Below are positions 49,218-62,193 of a stretch of DNA of 64,000 nt, piece by piece. Below the pieces are notes generated by a model. It saw only the letters and a list, made by a program, of their open reading frames with translations. It searched no databases and was not told the DNA's origin. The DNA is taken from assembly GCF_024521635.1 (NCBI RefSeq), contig NW_026250440.1, positions 1-64,000 on the forward strand. Reading direction: 5' to 3'. Position 1 is the first letter of the stretch, and each line of letters starts with the position of its first letter. The translations under genes were made by a program, and so were the position numbers. This stretch comes from Tricharina praecox (taxonomy: Eukaryota).

Positions 49218-49704
49218 GATGCCGGTGCAGCAAACCAGAGTGATATCTGTGATGGGTCCCCGTATCTCACCGCAGTCTGCAACACACTTCGCGACCTCTC
49301 ATAATCTATAAACTAATGTACACATCAAAACGAAGCAACTATCAATGACGGGTTAGGGATATGACAGTCGGAAAACGTCTGGTTTTCGCCAACGGCGACG
49401 AAGTTAACGCGCGTGAAGTGTGTGCACTGTAAACCAAAGCTCACTCCGAGTGAAACCAGCGCCGTGCTCGATTCGGTATGTACTCGAAGCCCGCAATCCT
49501 GAGTCTCCTACGTAAACACTGTAGAATACACGCCGCCCGTCACGTATATACGCAGATATCACTCTTCAAGTCCATACCACACTGGCGGGTGGTACTTACC
49601 CTACCAGGACGCTACGCTACGTCACCCCGGCACCGCGTCGCCTGCAACCTCGGCAACCTCCGTCCTCCCGTCCCCGTCCACGTCCACGCCCGACACGACA
49701 CACC

Positions 49705-50168
49705 ATGTTTCCCACGGCCCGCTGTCTCGCGTCCCACCCGCGGAACACACTCCTCAAGAAGCCCTCTCTCGGTTCCTCTCTCTTCCCCCTCCGTGGCCCA
49801 ATTCTACTCTACTAACCCACCCGCCGCCAGCGCTCCTCCCTCCGCTCCAGCTCTACCGCCGGCTCCTCCGAACGCACCGCAAAAAGCTCCCGGCGGACAT
49901 GCGCGTGCTCGGCGACGAGTACGTGCGCGCCGAGTTCCGGCTGCACCGCGATGTCGAGAATCCAGTGCACATCGTCGGGTTCCTGACCGAGTGGCAGCTA
50001 TACGCACAGGCGCTCGAGGGAGATACGTGGAGGGGCGTCAAGTTGGAGAAGGACAAGATCGAGAAGATGAGTGATGAGCAGGTGGGACAGCTCTATGAGC
50101 TCATGAGGAATATACGCGGGTTGGATGAGGGCAGTGGCGAGGGCGGAAAGGGGAGTAGTGGGTTGTAA
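49705..50168 (+). CDS. sdh7: Succinate dehydrogenase assembly factor 3 (SDH7/ACN9, LYR protein); exons 49705-49771, 49831-50168
   Basis: Spliced ...[60 protein letters not shown]...[13 protein letters not shown]. Confidence 0.93.
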
Positions 50169-50313
50169 GTAAGATGGCGGTACTGGGAGGTGCATGATAG
50201 CTTATTGGTGGTGGTGGTGGTGGTGGTGGTGGTGGATTGTTCTTGTAGATATAGAGTCCGTACGATGTCAGGTGTCTAATAGGCATCTACTTACAGCATA
50301 TCCATAACCCATA

Positions 50314-52419
50314 CTATCGCCTCCTGCCCACACCACCGCCGCCTCCGCCGCCAGACTTATCCGCCAGACTGACCACCTCTCCAATGCCAGCTTCTTCCTG
50401 CTCATCCTCCAGCGCCCGAATCTCTTCCCTGCAATCCCACCATTTCTCTTCGGCGATCGCGAACGCGTCCTTCTTCAACTCCTTGACCGTCTTCATCGTG
50501 TTTTTGCCTTCGGCCTCGGCCTGCTCGATGAGCAGCTGTTGCCACTCGTTCGATGTGCGGGCATAGAACTCGCGCAATGACTCGAAGGGTCGCGGGTGAG
50601 GTGCCGGGTCCTCAGCTGCTGGGTGCTCAGGCTCCTCTTGATCCTCTGCTGTAGGAGATTCTGCCGGTACTTCAATCGCCGGGGCGGTTCTGGCCTTCTT
50701 CTGTGTGGTGTCAGCGAGCTGAAATGGAAGGGAGAGATCTGAACCACGAGCCTTTGCCTTCTCGGCACGCCTCTCTTCCAGCTCTGCTTCACTGATCTTG
50801 GGCTTCTTCTCATTCACTTCCTCCTCTTCCTCCTCTTCTTCCTCGCTGTCCTCCTCGTCGTCCTCGTCGTCCTCGTCGTCTTCACTCTCCGAATCGACCC
50901 ATTCGGTCTCTGTCTGCCTGCTGAAGACGGTCCTTACTCCGTCCAGCTTCCCCAGGTCAATCGCAAATAGCTCGTCGTAGGCGATCTCGCGGTCCTCCTT
51001 CTCGAATGTACCACCGTAGATGTACAATACGTCGTCCTGGACGGCGAGTGCACAGTGCATCCTTGGGGTTGGAAGATTTAGGGTCAGTTCGCTCTGTTGC
51101 AGGATCGCAAGCCTTTCCTTCTCCTCATCCGCCTTCTTCCGCTCTTCCTCCTCACGCATTTCTTCCGCCGACTTCCCCGCCTGCTCCGCCTCCAGTCGTG
51201 CAAGATTCTTGAACAGCTCCTCTTCCGCTTCCCTTCCACGGTCTCGCCGGCCGCCTCTTTGCTCCACCATTCTCTTCTGCTGTCTGGCTTTGCGGAGAGC
51301 TAGGGGGAAGAAGCGATTCCGCTCGACACTCCACGCGTACAGCTCGTTGAAGAATATACTATCCAAGCCCTCATCGGTCTCGGCCTTATCGTGGACACCA
51401 CCAAACATTATCCCTCGGCCCTTGTGCGGGGCCATCGTGACACCGACTCTCTTGGGGTTCGGGGCATTCCCGGGCTTCTTCCTCCGTTCCCAGCGGATCT
51501 TTCCCATATCCTCCTGGTCCAGCCTCAGCAGCCAACTATCCTCATGGACATTCCCTATCTCGCTGACGGCCATCTTCCCGCCGCCCTTCTTCTGTGCACT
51601 CGCCACCTTCGTCTTCGAGTACCCACCGAACAGCACAGCGCCCTGCTCATGCGGCAGCAGCGAAAACGAGCTCCTCGCATCGGGGCGCTGCCCATGTGCC
51701 GGCAGCACCACCTGCGTCCACGTATACGACACGACGTTGAACACCCACAAGTCGCCGAGATACTTTGTGCTCGCACTAGTATCCTGGAAGCCGCCCCACA
51801 GTACGACCAGGTTCTTCCAGCCGACCATGCGGTGTCCGCTGCGCGCCGGCGGCGCCTTCCCTTTCACCTCCACTCGCGCCCACTCCCGCGTCTTGCACTC
51901 GAACGACCAGAAGTCGTTGTAGTGGTAGAACGTGTTCTGCTTCGGACTGCTGAACTCCCCGCCAAACAGCCACAGCGTTCCGCCCGCGTGCTGCGTCGCG
52001 CAGACCCAATGCCCGCTGCGCGGCAGCGGCGAGTTCGGGCTGGTGATACACCGCCACGAGCCCGTGGCCGTATTGTAGATGTTGAGATCGTTGAAGAACG
52101 CCGCGAGCGAGCCATTGAAAGTCTCGCCGCCGAAAAGGAACAGCTCGCTGGCGCTGGCGGGCGACGCGGTGAGCGTGGGCCCTGAGCGCAGCGGCGGCGG
52201 CCCGTCGAGGACAGTCTCGGTCACTTTCAGGAACTGCGCTTGCTTGCGCGCGTATTCCTCGAGCACCGCGTCGATGTCTTGGTCCGTCGCATCGATGATC
52301 ACGTCTTTGCCGCCGGCCTTCTTCGAGGACTTCTTCTCCTTCGTCGCCGACTTACGCGCGGTCTTTTCTGCCACCCGCGCTTTCTTGTCGACGGTTTTCT
52401 TCTTGTCTTTTTTCGCCAT
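50314..52419 (-). CDS. kel3: Kelch repeat protein Kel3/KLHDC4 with DUF4110-type C-terminus
   Basis: MAKKDKKK N-terminus, kelch repeats (LFGGEFSSPKQNTFYHYNDFW, PPARSGHRM), C-terminal PHPRPFESLREFYART...WWDCREEIRALEDEQEEAGIGEVV. Confidence 0.92.
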   Translation of the reverse strand: MAKKDKKKTVDKKARVAEKTARKSATKEKKSSKKAGGKDVIIDATDQDIDAVLEEYARKQAQFLKVTETVLDGPPPLRSGPTLTASPASASELFLFGGETFNGSLAAFFNDLNIYNTATGSWRCITSPNSPLPRSGHWVCATQHAGGTLWLFGGEFSSPKQNTFYHYNDFWSFECKTREWARVEVKGKAPPARSGHRMVGWKNLVVLWGGFQDTSASTKYLGDLWVFNVVSYTWTQVVLPAHGQRPDARSSFSLLPHEQGAVLFGGYSKTKVASAQKKGGGKMAVSEIGNVHEDSWLLRLDQEDMGKIRWERRKKPGNAPNPKRVGVTMAPHKGRGIMFGGVHDKAETDEGLDSIFFNELYAWSVERNRFFPLALRKARQQKRMVEQRGGRRDRGREAEEELFKNLARLEAEQAGKSAEEMREEEERKKADEEKERLAILQQSELTLNLPTPRMHCALAVQDDVLYIYGGTFEKEDREIAYDELFAIDLGKLDGVRTVFSRQTETEWVDSESEDDEDDEDDEEDSEEEEEEEEEVNEKKPKISEAELEERRAEKAKARGSDLSLPFQLADTTQKKARTAPAIEVPAESPTAEDQEEPEHPAAEDPAPHPRPFESLREFYARTSNEWQQLLIEQAEAEGKNTMKTVKELKKDAFAIAEEKWWDCREEIRALEDEQEEAGIGEVVSLADKSGGGGGGGVGRRR

Positions 52420-53128
52420 TGTAGGTGGTGGTGGGTGGGTGGGTGGGTAGGTGGTGATGCGCGCTGGCCGTTCGTTGGTGGGGCGGCCCGCCGAAGTGGA
52501 CTTTGGGGGGTAAAAAAATGTGGGGGTGGCAGACGCGGGTAGGCTAGAGCACGTTGGGGAAGGCGCTGTGATCCTTGTTGGCGAGGGGGATGCGTCTTCT
52601 CAGCTCGCACCCGTTCCGGTGCAGGCCTCGATGTCTTTGGGGACGTTCGTATGTAGGTACGGTAGGTATATCTCATCGGTTTATCTGGAGTACACTGCAT
52701 CAAATCATCGTACACTCAAAACTAATTACATAACCGCCACTGCCAGACGAGCCCTGGTCGCTAAGAATACATGAGCTGTCAAGAACATTGTGTCCCCCAG
52801 CACCTACATAGCACCTTCCTACGCTCCCTTCCCCCCCCCCCCCCCCCCCTCCTTCCCAGTCGCCTAGACTTTCCCTGTGCCTGACCAGTCCCTATCCCAT
52901 GTATCTACAATCCCGATTCCTGACGCTGAAGACGGTCGCGGAGTGCGAAATGGATGTGAAAGCCGGAGCCAAGGTCCAAGGTCCACAAAGTTGACACCCT
53001 CCTGTGCCCCTCCACCTCGCAGCGCCCAGCGGTGCACGAACGGCCCGCAGCCCGCTGGTTCGCCGAGTCGGTACCCTCGCTCATATCCGTAACCTCGTAA
53101 AAAGAAAACCCTAAGCCGGCCTCGCTCT

Positions 53129-54377
53129 TCACTGATGGTGGTGCAACTGGTGGTGGTGGTGTTCCGAAGGAGGACACAATCCGGTATCACTGCCGACCTC
53201 GAGCCCGATATCGTCCTCCCAGTAGCTCTCATCATCAGAGCCATACAGTGTCGGGGCACGCACGAGCGCGGGCTGCGGACTGCGCAGGTGACCGCCCTTA
53301 TACTCCAGCGACGTGGCGCGGTACTGCTTCTTCTCCTTCTTCTCGCGGACGAAGACGCGCATGGCCGGGAGGCACGCGGCGATGAATGCGGTCGTCACCT
53401 CGATCTGCGACGCGAGATATAGGATCTCCTTGAACCGCTGGTCGTCCTGCGGGTTGCGGTCCTTGATCGCAGGCCGCAAAGCGAGGATCACGATTATTAG
53501 ACGGAGGATCGCGGCGAGCACGGGGATTGCGCTGATGGTTAGGAAGATTACGACGCCGCAGCGCTCGCGCCGGCCGAGGTGGAGCGTGCGAAGGATCGCG
53601 AGGAATAGGCCGATTACTGGAGGTGTTAGCATTCGAGTGTAAAGGATCGAGATGGATAGGACTTACGGAAGAGATCGGTGGCTATGTTTGCGGCGGCGGT
53701 CTTGGAATGGTTCCATATCTTCTGCTGAGGCGAGCAGTAATCGGTACCCAAAGACCTGCTTTCAATCAGCACAGTTCATGGTTGCAATCGATTCAAGAGA
53801 GTCCCCTTACCATGCACGTTCAATAGGCAGACAGGTCACGAACATCATCAGAGTGATGACCAGGAACGTGACCACCACCAGCGCCGTCAGAACATAGAGC
53901 GCGATCTTGCAGGCGCGGGTCATCTTCTGGCGAAAGTGGAAATATATCGAGAGGAAAGCCGCCTTTATCAGCCACACGATGACGAAATACACAAAACTCT
54001 GCGCATAGAGGAACTATGATTATTGCCAGTCAGCAACCTGCATGCGGGCGGGGACTTATGCACATACAACATACCTTCAGCGTCATGATTTTTGCCTGTG
54101 CCTCTGGGGATGTATTAACGGCAGACGTAGACCGCAATCCCACCGTGTTCTTGAAACTCCTATCGCGGATGAGCTGGGAGTTTTTGACGGTATTCGCAAT
54201 CACGGCGGCCGTCGCAGTGGCCAGCGCAAGACAGAGGAAGAACTCGGTATCGAAGTGGGAGCGAATCTTCTTGCGACTGCGGGTGCAAATGACTATCAAG
54301 CGCAGTCCGCACACCAGATATGTGAGAACCAGACACAGCCAGTCCACCACGATGGTGGTTTCTGGTGATACTGCCAT
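53129..54377 (-). CDS. PTH11-like (fungal rhodopsin-domain) integral membrane protein, 4 exons, no CFEM domain
   Basis: Multiple TM segments, VWLIKAAFLSIYFHF, CLPIERAWS...C, NIATDLF, EVTTAFIAACLPAMR motifs. GT-AG introns near 54074-54015, 53810-53756 and 53666-53617. Confidence 0.85.
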
Positions 54378-57300
54378 TCCGCCGTGGTTCGTTGGGCTTC
54401 GGGGTGAATATATAGCTTGTTTTTGTTTGTTTTTTCGGAGGAGGAGGAGGAAGGGAACCAGTGGCGCCCGGGAAGGTTATATGTCCGAGAAGATGAGTGA
54501 AAGCGCCGGTGATACACTCGGGTACTCGACTGTCGTGCGAAGTCTGTCAGTTATTCGGCTCTTGACACTTCCACCTAATACCGGACGACGACAGGAAGTG
54601 TGTAGTACTATGCAAATGGATAACATACCTAAACGGCTGGGGGGAGCCAAACAAACAAATGAAGATGCGAACACAAAGAATAGACCGGAGAGCGCGAGCT
54701 GATCTTTAGTTAAGTAGAAGCGGGTGGGGGGAGGGGATAAGAGTCCGCGTAGATATCTGTCAGTCACGTCCGGCATCCTGCCGTTACCGATTCTGCATAG
54801 CCCCTCGCTGACACTATACAACCTCATCAGTACATACTATAGAATTCTTGCGTCCAGGTACAGATGTCCATGTACATACCCTCACTCAGACCTATGGGAC
54901 CGTAGGAGCAGGGTTTTTTATTTCAGGACAGTGCAGTGGTGTACATTGGAGCAATGTACCGCCGAAGTAAGTGTGTATCTACGATGTCCAGCAGTTTTCG
55001 TAGCACACAGATGTCCACCATCCTGGTGGTACGGCGTACATCTGTGTGTGCGGAAAAGGTTGCGCAGGTCAGCTCTGAGTCTTGAGTCCTGACTGGTGCG
55101 TCGTGTAGCCCTCTTCCCAGGTGTCAGCTCAGCAGGGATCTCGAACAGCAAAACGATTGGATTGGAGGCTGTCTTCTTTTCTTTTTTCCCTTTTTGTTTG
55201 TTTGTTTTGCAAGAGGGGATAAATACAGTAGCAGCGAGACGAAGGGTGGCCCCGGAGTGGCGGTCTCGGTAGTTACCTATGATAGTTAATCGATATTAAG
55301 GACTAGGGCACCTGTATCTTGAATCTTCCGAATCCCACGGACGGACTGACTGACTGACTGACTGGACGGGGCGGTTGAGATTCATCCAACGAACCATACA
55401 ATGTGCGAGGCGTGGAGGGGGGATGGTGGGTTATTGTTCTGGTTTGCCCAACATTGGCGCGCAAGGCGTTCTCTGCTTGCATGGCCTTGGGGATGTTCGG
55501 ATGGTTATCCAGTCTCGTCCGAGTTCTCCAGGTTCTTCGCCTGGCCCATCGCAGCTTACCCGGGCACTCTAGGGAAGAACTCATGCAATGATGGATGTGT
55601 AGATAGATACTTACTTGCGCTGCCAGACTTACCGTACCGTAGCTCTCAAGTAAGTGGGGCTCGGTATATACTAGTAGTAACTAGTGTGCTGTGGGGAGAG
55701 GGCTTTACGGGGCCCACCTGTCAGCAGGTAGCGCAGCGCTCGTTCGCGGGCCATCGCAGGTGACGATGTGCAGCGATTGGATCTCAGCCCTAACCATAGG
55801 TGAAGACCGTGACCATACCGCCGGGAGTAGGCTAATACTTACCTGACTGTATACCTGGTCGGATCACTCTGGGGCCAGGTCGTCGATGCGCATCACTGGT
55901 CGGAAACATAGCCACCGATAACCCAGGGAAACCGCCGAGATTATGCCGATGCTGCAGTTTATTCCAGGTAGGGAGGTACTTAAGTAAGTAAGAATATGTA
56001 GCCTGTAGGTATGTAGTCGCTCAACGCCTGTCGAGTGTCGAGTGTCGATTCTCGAGCAAAGTTCTGTTAGGTCAGCCCGCACCTTCTCTTCCAACCGCAG
56101 TGTGATGGCCCCAGCATACCAGTAGTTAGTTGGTTAGGTGCAACAATCGTACAACGACAACACGTTGACGCAGGCGCCAAAGCACAGCCATCAACGGGCC
56201 CGACGTCACGATCGAGCAAATACCTCAATGTTGACCGAAGAATTTACTTGGTCAACCATCTGGCACCGCATCAGCCACAGAATTCGAATCGTACGAGCAT
56301 TTTTGACTGCAGCGAAAACCCGCCTATGTACATACATAATATCAGCCCCGACTTTCTGGTGTTGATGGCTTCGGATTGCCCCGAGAGACCTGGTCGGTGC
56401 TGAGCAGCGACATGGTGGTTTCCAACGCCTCGTCTGCATAGCCGACCAGATATGTATCGGGGGAGAGATGCGGCCTTCGCTCAAGGGTTTCAGTGCCTAT
56501 ATAGAGAGTAAGTACTTGGTCAGGCCGATTGCAAAGGCTGAGAAGTTGAGTATGCGCAACACTACTTACATCTAGATACCATGTCGGTGATTAACTTTCC
56601 GGATTCACTGGTAATAATATCTATTGAAAATTTGAATTATCTTGGTGGTGTAGCCCGGGAAGGGAAACGGCGAAAATGAAGGATGATGGAGAAGTTGAGG
56701 TTCGATTCAACTTCGAAGAGCCAGGCTCTACTATACTCGAGGACTCCGCTGCCTGCAACGTTCGGTGCCACCCGATCTGGCTAGCGCAAAGTTCAAACGC
56801 TGCTGCGGTTCTTCAATATCGCTGACAAACTCCCAGAGTTTGTAGGAGAGGCTTGGAAAAGCTGACAGATCTGTCTGGGACTCTACTAGCTTGTACCGCG
56901 TGTCACCGTTAATTCTATGGTCCTGTGGGGTCGGTGCACCAGCGGAGCTTGTCACTCGGTACTGGGACTGCTGCTGCTGTGGTGCGTGCACTGATTGGCG
57001 TCTTCGCTCTGGACTCTGGAGGGGGTCCACGCCGGGTTGGACCTGTGCGTAGATCTTTGATGCTTACACTGTTCACGTTCACGTTCGTCTCCTACCCTCC
57101 ATTACGTCGTGTCGGTCTTCCTCCGTGTGTTCGGCAAGTGTCTCTCCTCTCCTCCCTCCCGCCAGCGGCCAGACGGTCTCAATACGCTACCTACGGTGCG
57201 TTGCGGATGACATGATCGGCTATGATTCCGATGCGCTGCGGTATTACATCAGCTTGCCTCCCAACCGCGTGCTGGTGGCTATGAGAGCACGCCGCCACCA

Positions 57301-58938
57301 CGAAGCGCTGTGACAGTTGGCAATCCTTACTTTACAAAACCATGGCAGATCTCACGACTTGTGTCCAGTGTCCACCCCAATGGCAATCTGATGGGGTTTG
57401 CCCATGTAGCAAGCCCGCTTCACAACCACACGTTCAGCCGCAACGGCGGAAGGAAATACAAAACCAAGAAAACGCATGTTACTGCTAGTATCCATGGTGA
57501 TTGATTCTTTATCTACCTAGCAGAAGTTACATCAGCCGCTGCCAGCGAAACCGGAATGCGATAGGGATGAGGATGTGGTCCACCCGTCCCGTGTATATGA
57601 TAGTAGAAGCCGGCGCCGACTGCAGCCAGATCCCGCTAGATCAACCTATGGGCCCGATGCTTGTATTTTCGTCAATTCGATCGGGAACCACCCGGGCCGG
57701 GAGGTATGGTACCTCTTGGTCAAGTACTCGCCCAAGTACTCACGCAAGTACTCACACAACCACAACCATTCCACCATCCACGGACGGCCTGCAGCCTAAT
57801 TATACAGTATTCCACGAATGCACTTTACGCCGATCAGGTGCGTGCTGGAGGAGGAGGAGGAGGAGTGCATGCCAGCAGCCACATGGCCCTGCTCTGTATC
57901 CAACCACGCATCATCTGATTCCTAGTGCACAGTTTCATCCTTCCGAAGGGTTTCACGTTGCCCCTCAGCCCTGCCATAGGTAGGTAACTCACCGCCCCAT
58001 CCATCCATCGTGGTCTACCTAGTTGTTCCCAAACACCATAGCAGCGGCGGAGACGCGGCACTGCCAATAGCCAAGCACCATATACATCGCCGTGACTCTG
58101 TTTTCTAACCCTTCGTCCAGCCGCGAATCGCGATGACCCTTCTGCCATCTGGGCGCCGTGTGCAGTCAATAGGTAGCTCCGTGACTCCGTGACTCCCGTC
58201 CGTCGCTGCGAACGCATCCGCTCGCGCGCACTCATCATGCATCGTTCGTTCTTTCAACACTGATGGATTGCTATCATACCCACGAGTAAAGTTTAAACTC
58301 GAGAGCATACATACTCTACATAGGAGTGAAGATCATTCCGAATGCCCTACATACATATTTAGGGACCCGGGGGAGGGGGATTCGTGGAAGGGCCGCTTGG
58401 CATCTGGACGATCGATCCACAGTTTCAAAGTTCCAAACATAAAGCTCCCGGGATTCTGAATCTCTGATAGTGAGTGATCCACGGCCTAAAAAAAGGCTCG
58501 GATAATGGTACATATCATTGGTATGGCCCCGACGCCCCGTATGGGGGCCGGAGAGGGGGCAGACTGTGGGGCACAACTTACAGGTTGCTAGTTACACAAG
58601 ACCAGTCTGTCTGGAGTTACATATATGTGTGGAACCAAGAGCGTACGTGGCGTGGAGTTCGAGTTTGAAACTTTGTCGGCAGTGGGCGGTGGGCACACCG
58701 ACCAGGAACGCAGACCTGAGACGACGAGTAGATACTCGATCCGGGTAACCATCCCGAGTAAGCACCCAATCCGAAGACGTGCACCGTGACTAACTTACTT
58801 GGTTAGTAGCAGGTGGACCGCAACAAGCCTCCATCGATCGCGGGGCGGGGAGGGAGGCGGGGACCCAGCAATGTGAGTACACGGCGACGACAACCAGTGG
58901 TCAACAGTCTGCAGACAGAGTGTACGTCCTCCATCCTA

Positions 58939-59005
58939 TGAGTCCACATGCATACGGTATGATAGTAGTGAGTCCACATGCATATGGTATGATAGTAGTG
59001 AGTCC
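58939..59005. repeat. 30-bp tandem repeat x2.2
   Basis: tgagtccacatgcata(c/t)ggtatgatagtag repeated. Confidence 0.85.
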
Positions 59006-60605
59006 CTCGCTGCCTAGTATCATAACTAGCAGTTCGCCAGCTGGGCATGGCGAACAACAAGGCTCACACAGTCGCAACCAGCTGCCAGGATCGATCGTTC
59101 CGTGCGGACAAACGGCCGCCCGCTCTCGGTAGTCGCGCGGGGAGGGACCAATCCGAGCCCGACGCCGAGCACGGTTGGCTTCCGTCGATTGGGGATGCTG
59201 GCACCCATCAGGCAGCAGCCTGAGCGCAGATTCGGGGTTCCCCGATAGGTACACTGGTCTGTACTTGCTCTCCCTCTCTCTCTATCTCTCGCTCGCCCGC
59301 TCGCTCTCTGGTAACGCGGCGCAGAGCATACAGTGCAGATGCACAAGCGACTCATTGGTCTACGGGAGATGCATCATCCCATCCACCTAACCGTCGATCG
59401 GGACAGACGAGAAGTTTCGTTGAAGTATATTCTCCATGAAGCCTTTCGAACCGATCGAAACTGTACTCGAAGGTTGCCTGGTAGTGGTGATGGATGTGCA
59501 CATATGAAGGGCACCGCGGGGTCCCGTGTCCAGTTACATACCGGTATGTACCTACCTGCATCGGATCCGCTTGCCAACCTTTGAGCGAAACGGGGGCTCC
59601 GCCCGACGATAGTGTATCTGGCCCAGAGAAGCCCATCGGGATTTGATTTCTGCAGGCACCGGTAGATTTTAGCGGACTTCCCCGGCCTCAGCCCTACGTA
59701 TACGATGCATGCGGAGCCGCGTCCGATGCAGCGTGCTATGTGTGTACATAAGCACCTGTAATCGCTGAATTGGCAGGTGCCTTCTTGATCTGGGTTCCAC
59801 TTTCGCCGTGTCGGCGGGTTTCTGCTCGGTCATGCTGTTCTACACTCTGCGGAACTGAAGCCTCCCGTTCTGAGCGGTCCGGGGTGAAGTGGACTGCTGT
59901 ACCCTACTATTGGTATGTAGAAACGGACCTCAGAGAAGCTGCCAGAAAGGTTACATACCTTCTCCCGAAGAATGGCGTGAAGCGCCGTGAACAGGTGGTA
60001 TTCGCTTTTAGTAACACTTTGTCGGGTAGCTGCACGACTTACAAGTACATGAGAAATGATTTATAACAAGGCAGCGAGTAGTACCAGGGGTCGGGTATGA
60101 TGCCAATCTCGATCGATGCATAAGTAATCAGGGCATGCTACGGATAAGGGATGTCGTTGGAGAACGGATCGGACAGTCGGAGAGCCGAGGCTGGTCTGGC
60201 TGGGTTGAAATCACGCACGAGCGGGCAAAATAAGACTGATGGTCGTGAAAACGAGTGATAATAGTGACGGGGTCGAGTGAGATGTCGTGTCTCGTTGGAG
60301 GGGGAGAGGTATCTCAGAATGCATCGAACGAGCTGGGGATCCTGAGAGGTCCTCCGAATATCATCAGCGCTTTTCTCTGCGGGAAGATGGTGGTCACGGA
60401 TTTTACTTTATCGGGTTGAGGGACTGATCGGGAGCTAACTAGAGCTAGACGGCCTACGCCAGGTAACAGCGCCAAGCTTCTCCTGCGAACCACCTCACGA
60501 ACTACTGCTTCGCTGTCTCTCAATTGCTTCACGCGACAAACCCAACGACATCTCGAAGCGAAGCCAAACATCCCCTAGCTTCGAATCCCCCACACAACCG
60601 TCATA

Positions 60606-61177
60606 ATGAAGTTGGTCAGGTAGGAGCCGGCATGCATAACCGTCGTGCTGGAACTTCTCGCTCACCACTCCCCCAGGTTTTTGATGAAATGTCAGAACGA
60701 GACTGTGACCGTCGAGCTCAAGAACGGTTAGTGCATCTCCGAGCCCATTCCGCGCTGCGATCCCCCATCGTCCCGCACCTTATCCCGGAGCATTGAAGGC
60801 TGATACGAGGTGTTCGTTTACGTTCCCCAGGCACCATCGTTCACGGCACTATCCTCAGCGTCGACGTCAAGATGAACACCGCCCTGCGCACCGTTAAGAT
60901 GACGATCCGCAACCGCGACCCAATCGCCCTCGACACAATCAACATCCGTGGCTCCACCATCCGCTACTTCATCCTGCCGGACTCGCTGCCGCTCGATACC
61001 TTACTGATCGACGACGCACCCAAGCCCAAGAACAAGGCGCGCAAGGAGACCGACCGAGGACGCGGTGGGCGTGGTGGTGGTGGCGGTGACCGTGGTGGAC
61101 GCGGTGGAAGAGGGCGGGGTGGTGGAGGTGGCGGCGGTGGTGGCCGGGGCGGTGGAAGAGGAAGGGGTGGTAGGTAG
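60606..61177 (+). CDS. smd1: Small nuclear ribonucleoprotein Sm D1; exons 60606-60619, 60677-60726, 60831-61177
   Basis: [46 protein letters not shown]...[24 protein letters not shown] followed by an RG-rich tail. Confidence 0.97.
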
Positions 61178-61494
61178 CTTCATACACGATACTGAGTTGT
61201 GGAGTGTATATCACCATTGCCGGAAGCGCTGTTTACTTGCATACCTTTTTTTTCTTCTTCGATGGTAGCGGATGGCTTTTACGAGATTGCAATAAATTAG
61301 AGATCTATGAGGTCCGATAGCTTCCGATAGTACTCGTACAATGACATTTTTTCCCCACCGTATTGTTTCAAACTAGAAACTTCAAAGTGAAACCCAAACA
61401 CCGTTGCCGTTCTATTTTTGCTCATTATCGCCGGTCCCTTGAGGGTGCACGTACAATTTACATCCGTCCCCCATCGTCAAATATAGCCTCCCCC

Positions 61495-61833
61495 CTATTG
61501 CTCCTTCTTACTCCCCTCCTCCTCCTCCTCCTCCGCGGACTCTTCCGACGCCTCCGCACCCTCCTCACTAGCCTTCTTCAACTTCCGTAGCCGCTCTGCC
61601 TCCGCCTCCACCCTCTTAACCTCCTCGAGCTCACTGACGAACCATACGATGGCGCCCCAGAGACAGCCGCAGATGACATTGAGAAACACAAAGTGCCAGC
61701 TCAATGTCGCGATGAGCAGCGCTATGAGCGTGGCTTGTAGCGCCGCGAATGATGCATACGTCGCGATGATAACGGAGCGGTTGGTGCCCGGCTGGAAGAC
61801 GGACTCCCAGATGTCGGTGATGAACTGGGACAT
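61495..61833 (-). CDS. pkr1: V-ATPase assembly factor Pkr1
   Basis: MSQFITDIWESVFQPGT...ATYASFAALQATL...SWHFVFLNVICGCLWGAIVWFVSEL: two TM segments and a charged tail. Confidence 0.88.
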   Translation of the reverse strand: MSQFITDIWESVFQPGTNRSVIIATYASFAALQATLIALLIATLSWHFVFLNVICGCLWGAIVWFVSELEEVKRVEAEAERLRKLKKASEEGAEASEESAEEEEEEGSKKEQ

Positions 61834-62193
61834 TGCGGTGATGGTATTGCTTGCGCGTCGAATTGGAGGGAGGTGTGGAGTGCGATGGGTATAAGCTTCG
61901 TGGCCGGTGGTTGAATGGCAGTTTCAAGCTGGTATGATATGGTGTTGTTGGCGTCAAGGTTAGAAGGGCGTTGGAAGAAAGGAAAAACGCGCCGGGCGGC
62001 GATGATGTCAAGCCCCCCCTTCCGGACTCGGATGAAACCACGGTTCCCTTAAACCAACGACAAAGCATCCCGGCATGTTCCCTCGTTAAAGCTTAACACC
62101 AAGAAATAAAAATAAAAATAAAAAAGCCATGCACCAACACCGTCCCGCACCCACCACCACCGGCGCCCCACCTCCCCCACCTCACCCGCCCAG

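Noticed and set aside
51020..52185. 300-aa and 264-aa plus-strand ORFs
   Set aside because: Antisense shadows of kel3.
58939..59005. 30-bp repeat as a possible CRISPR array
   Set aside because: Head-to-tail tandem copies without spacers, eukaryotic context, no cas genes.
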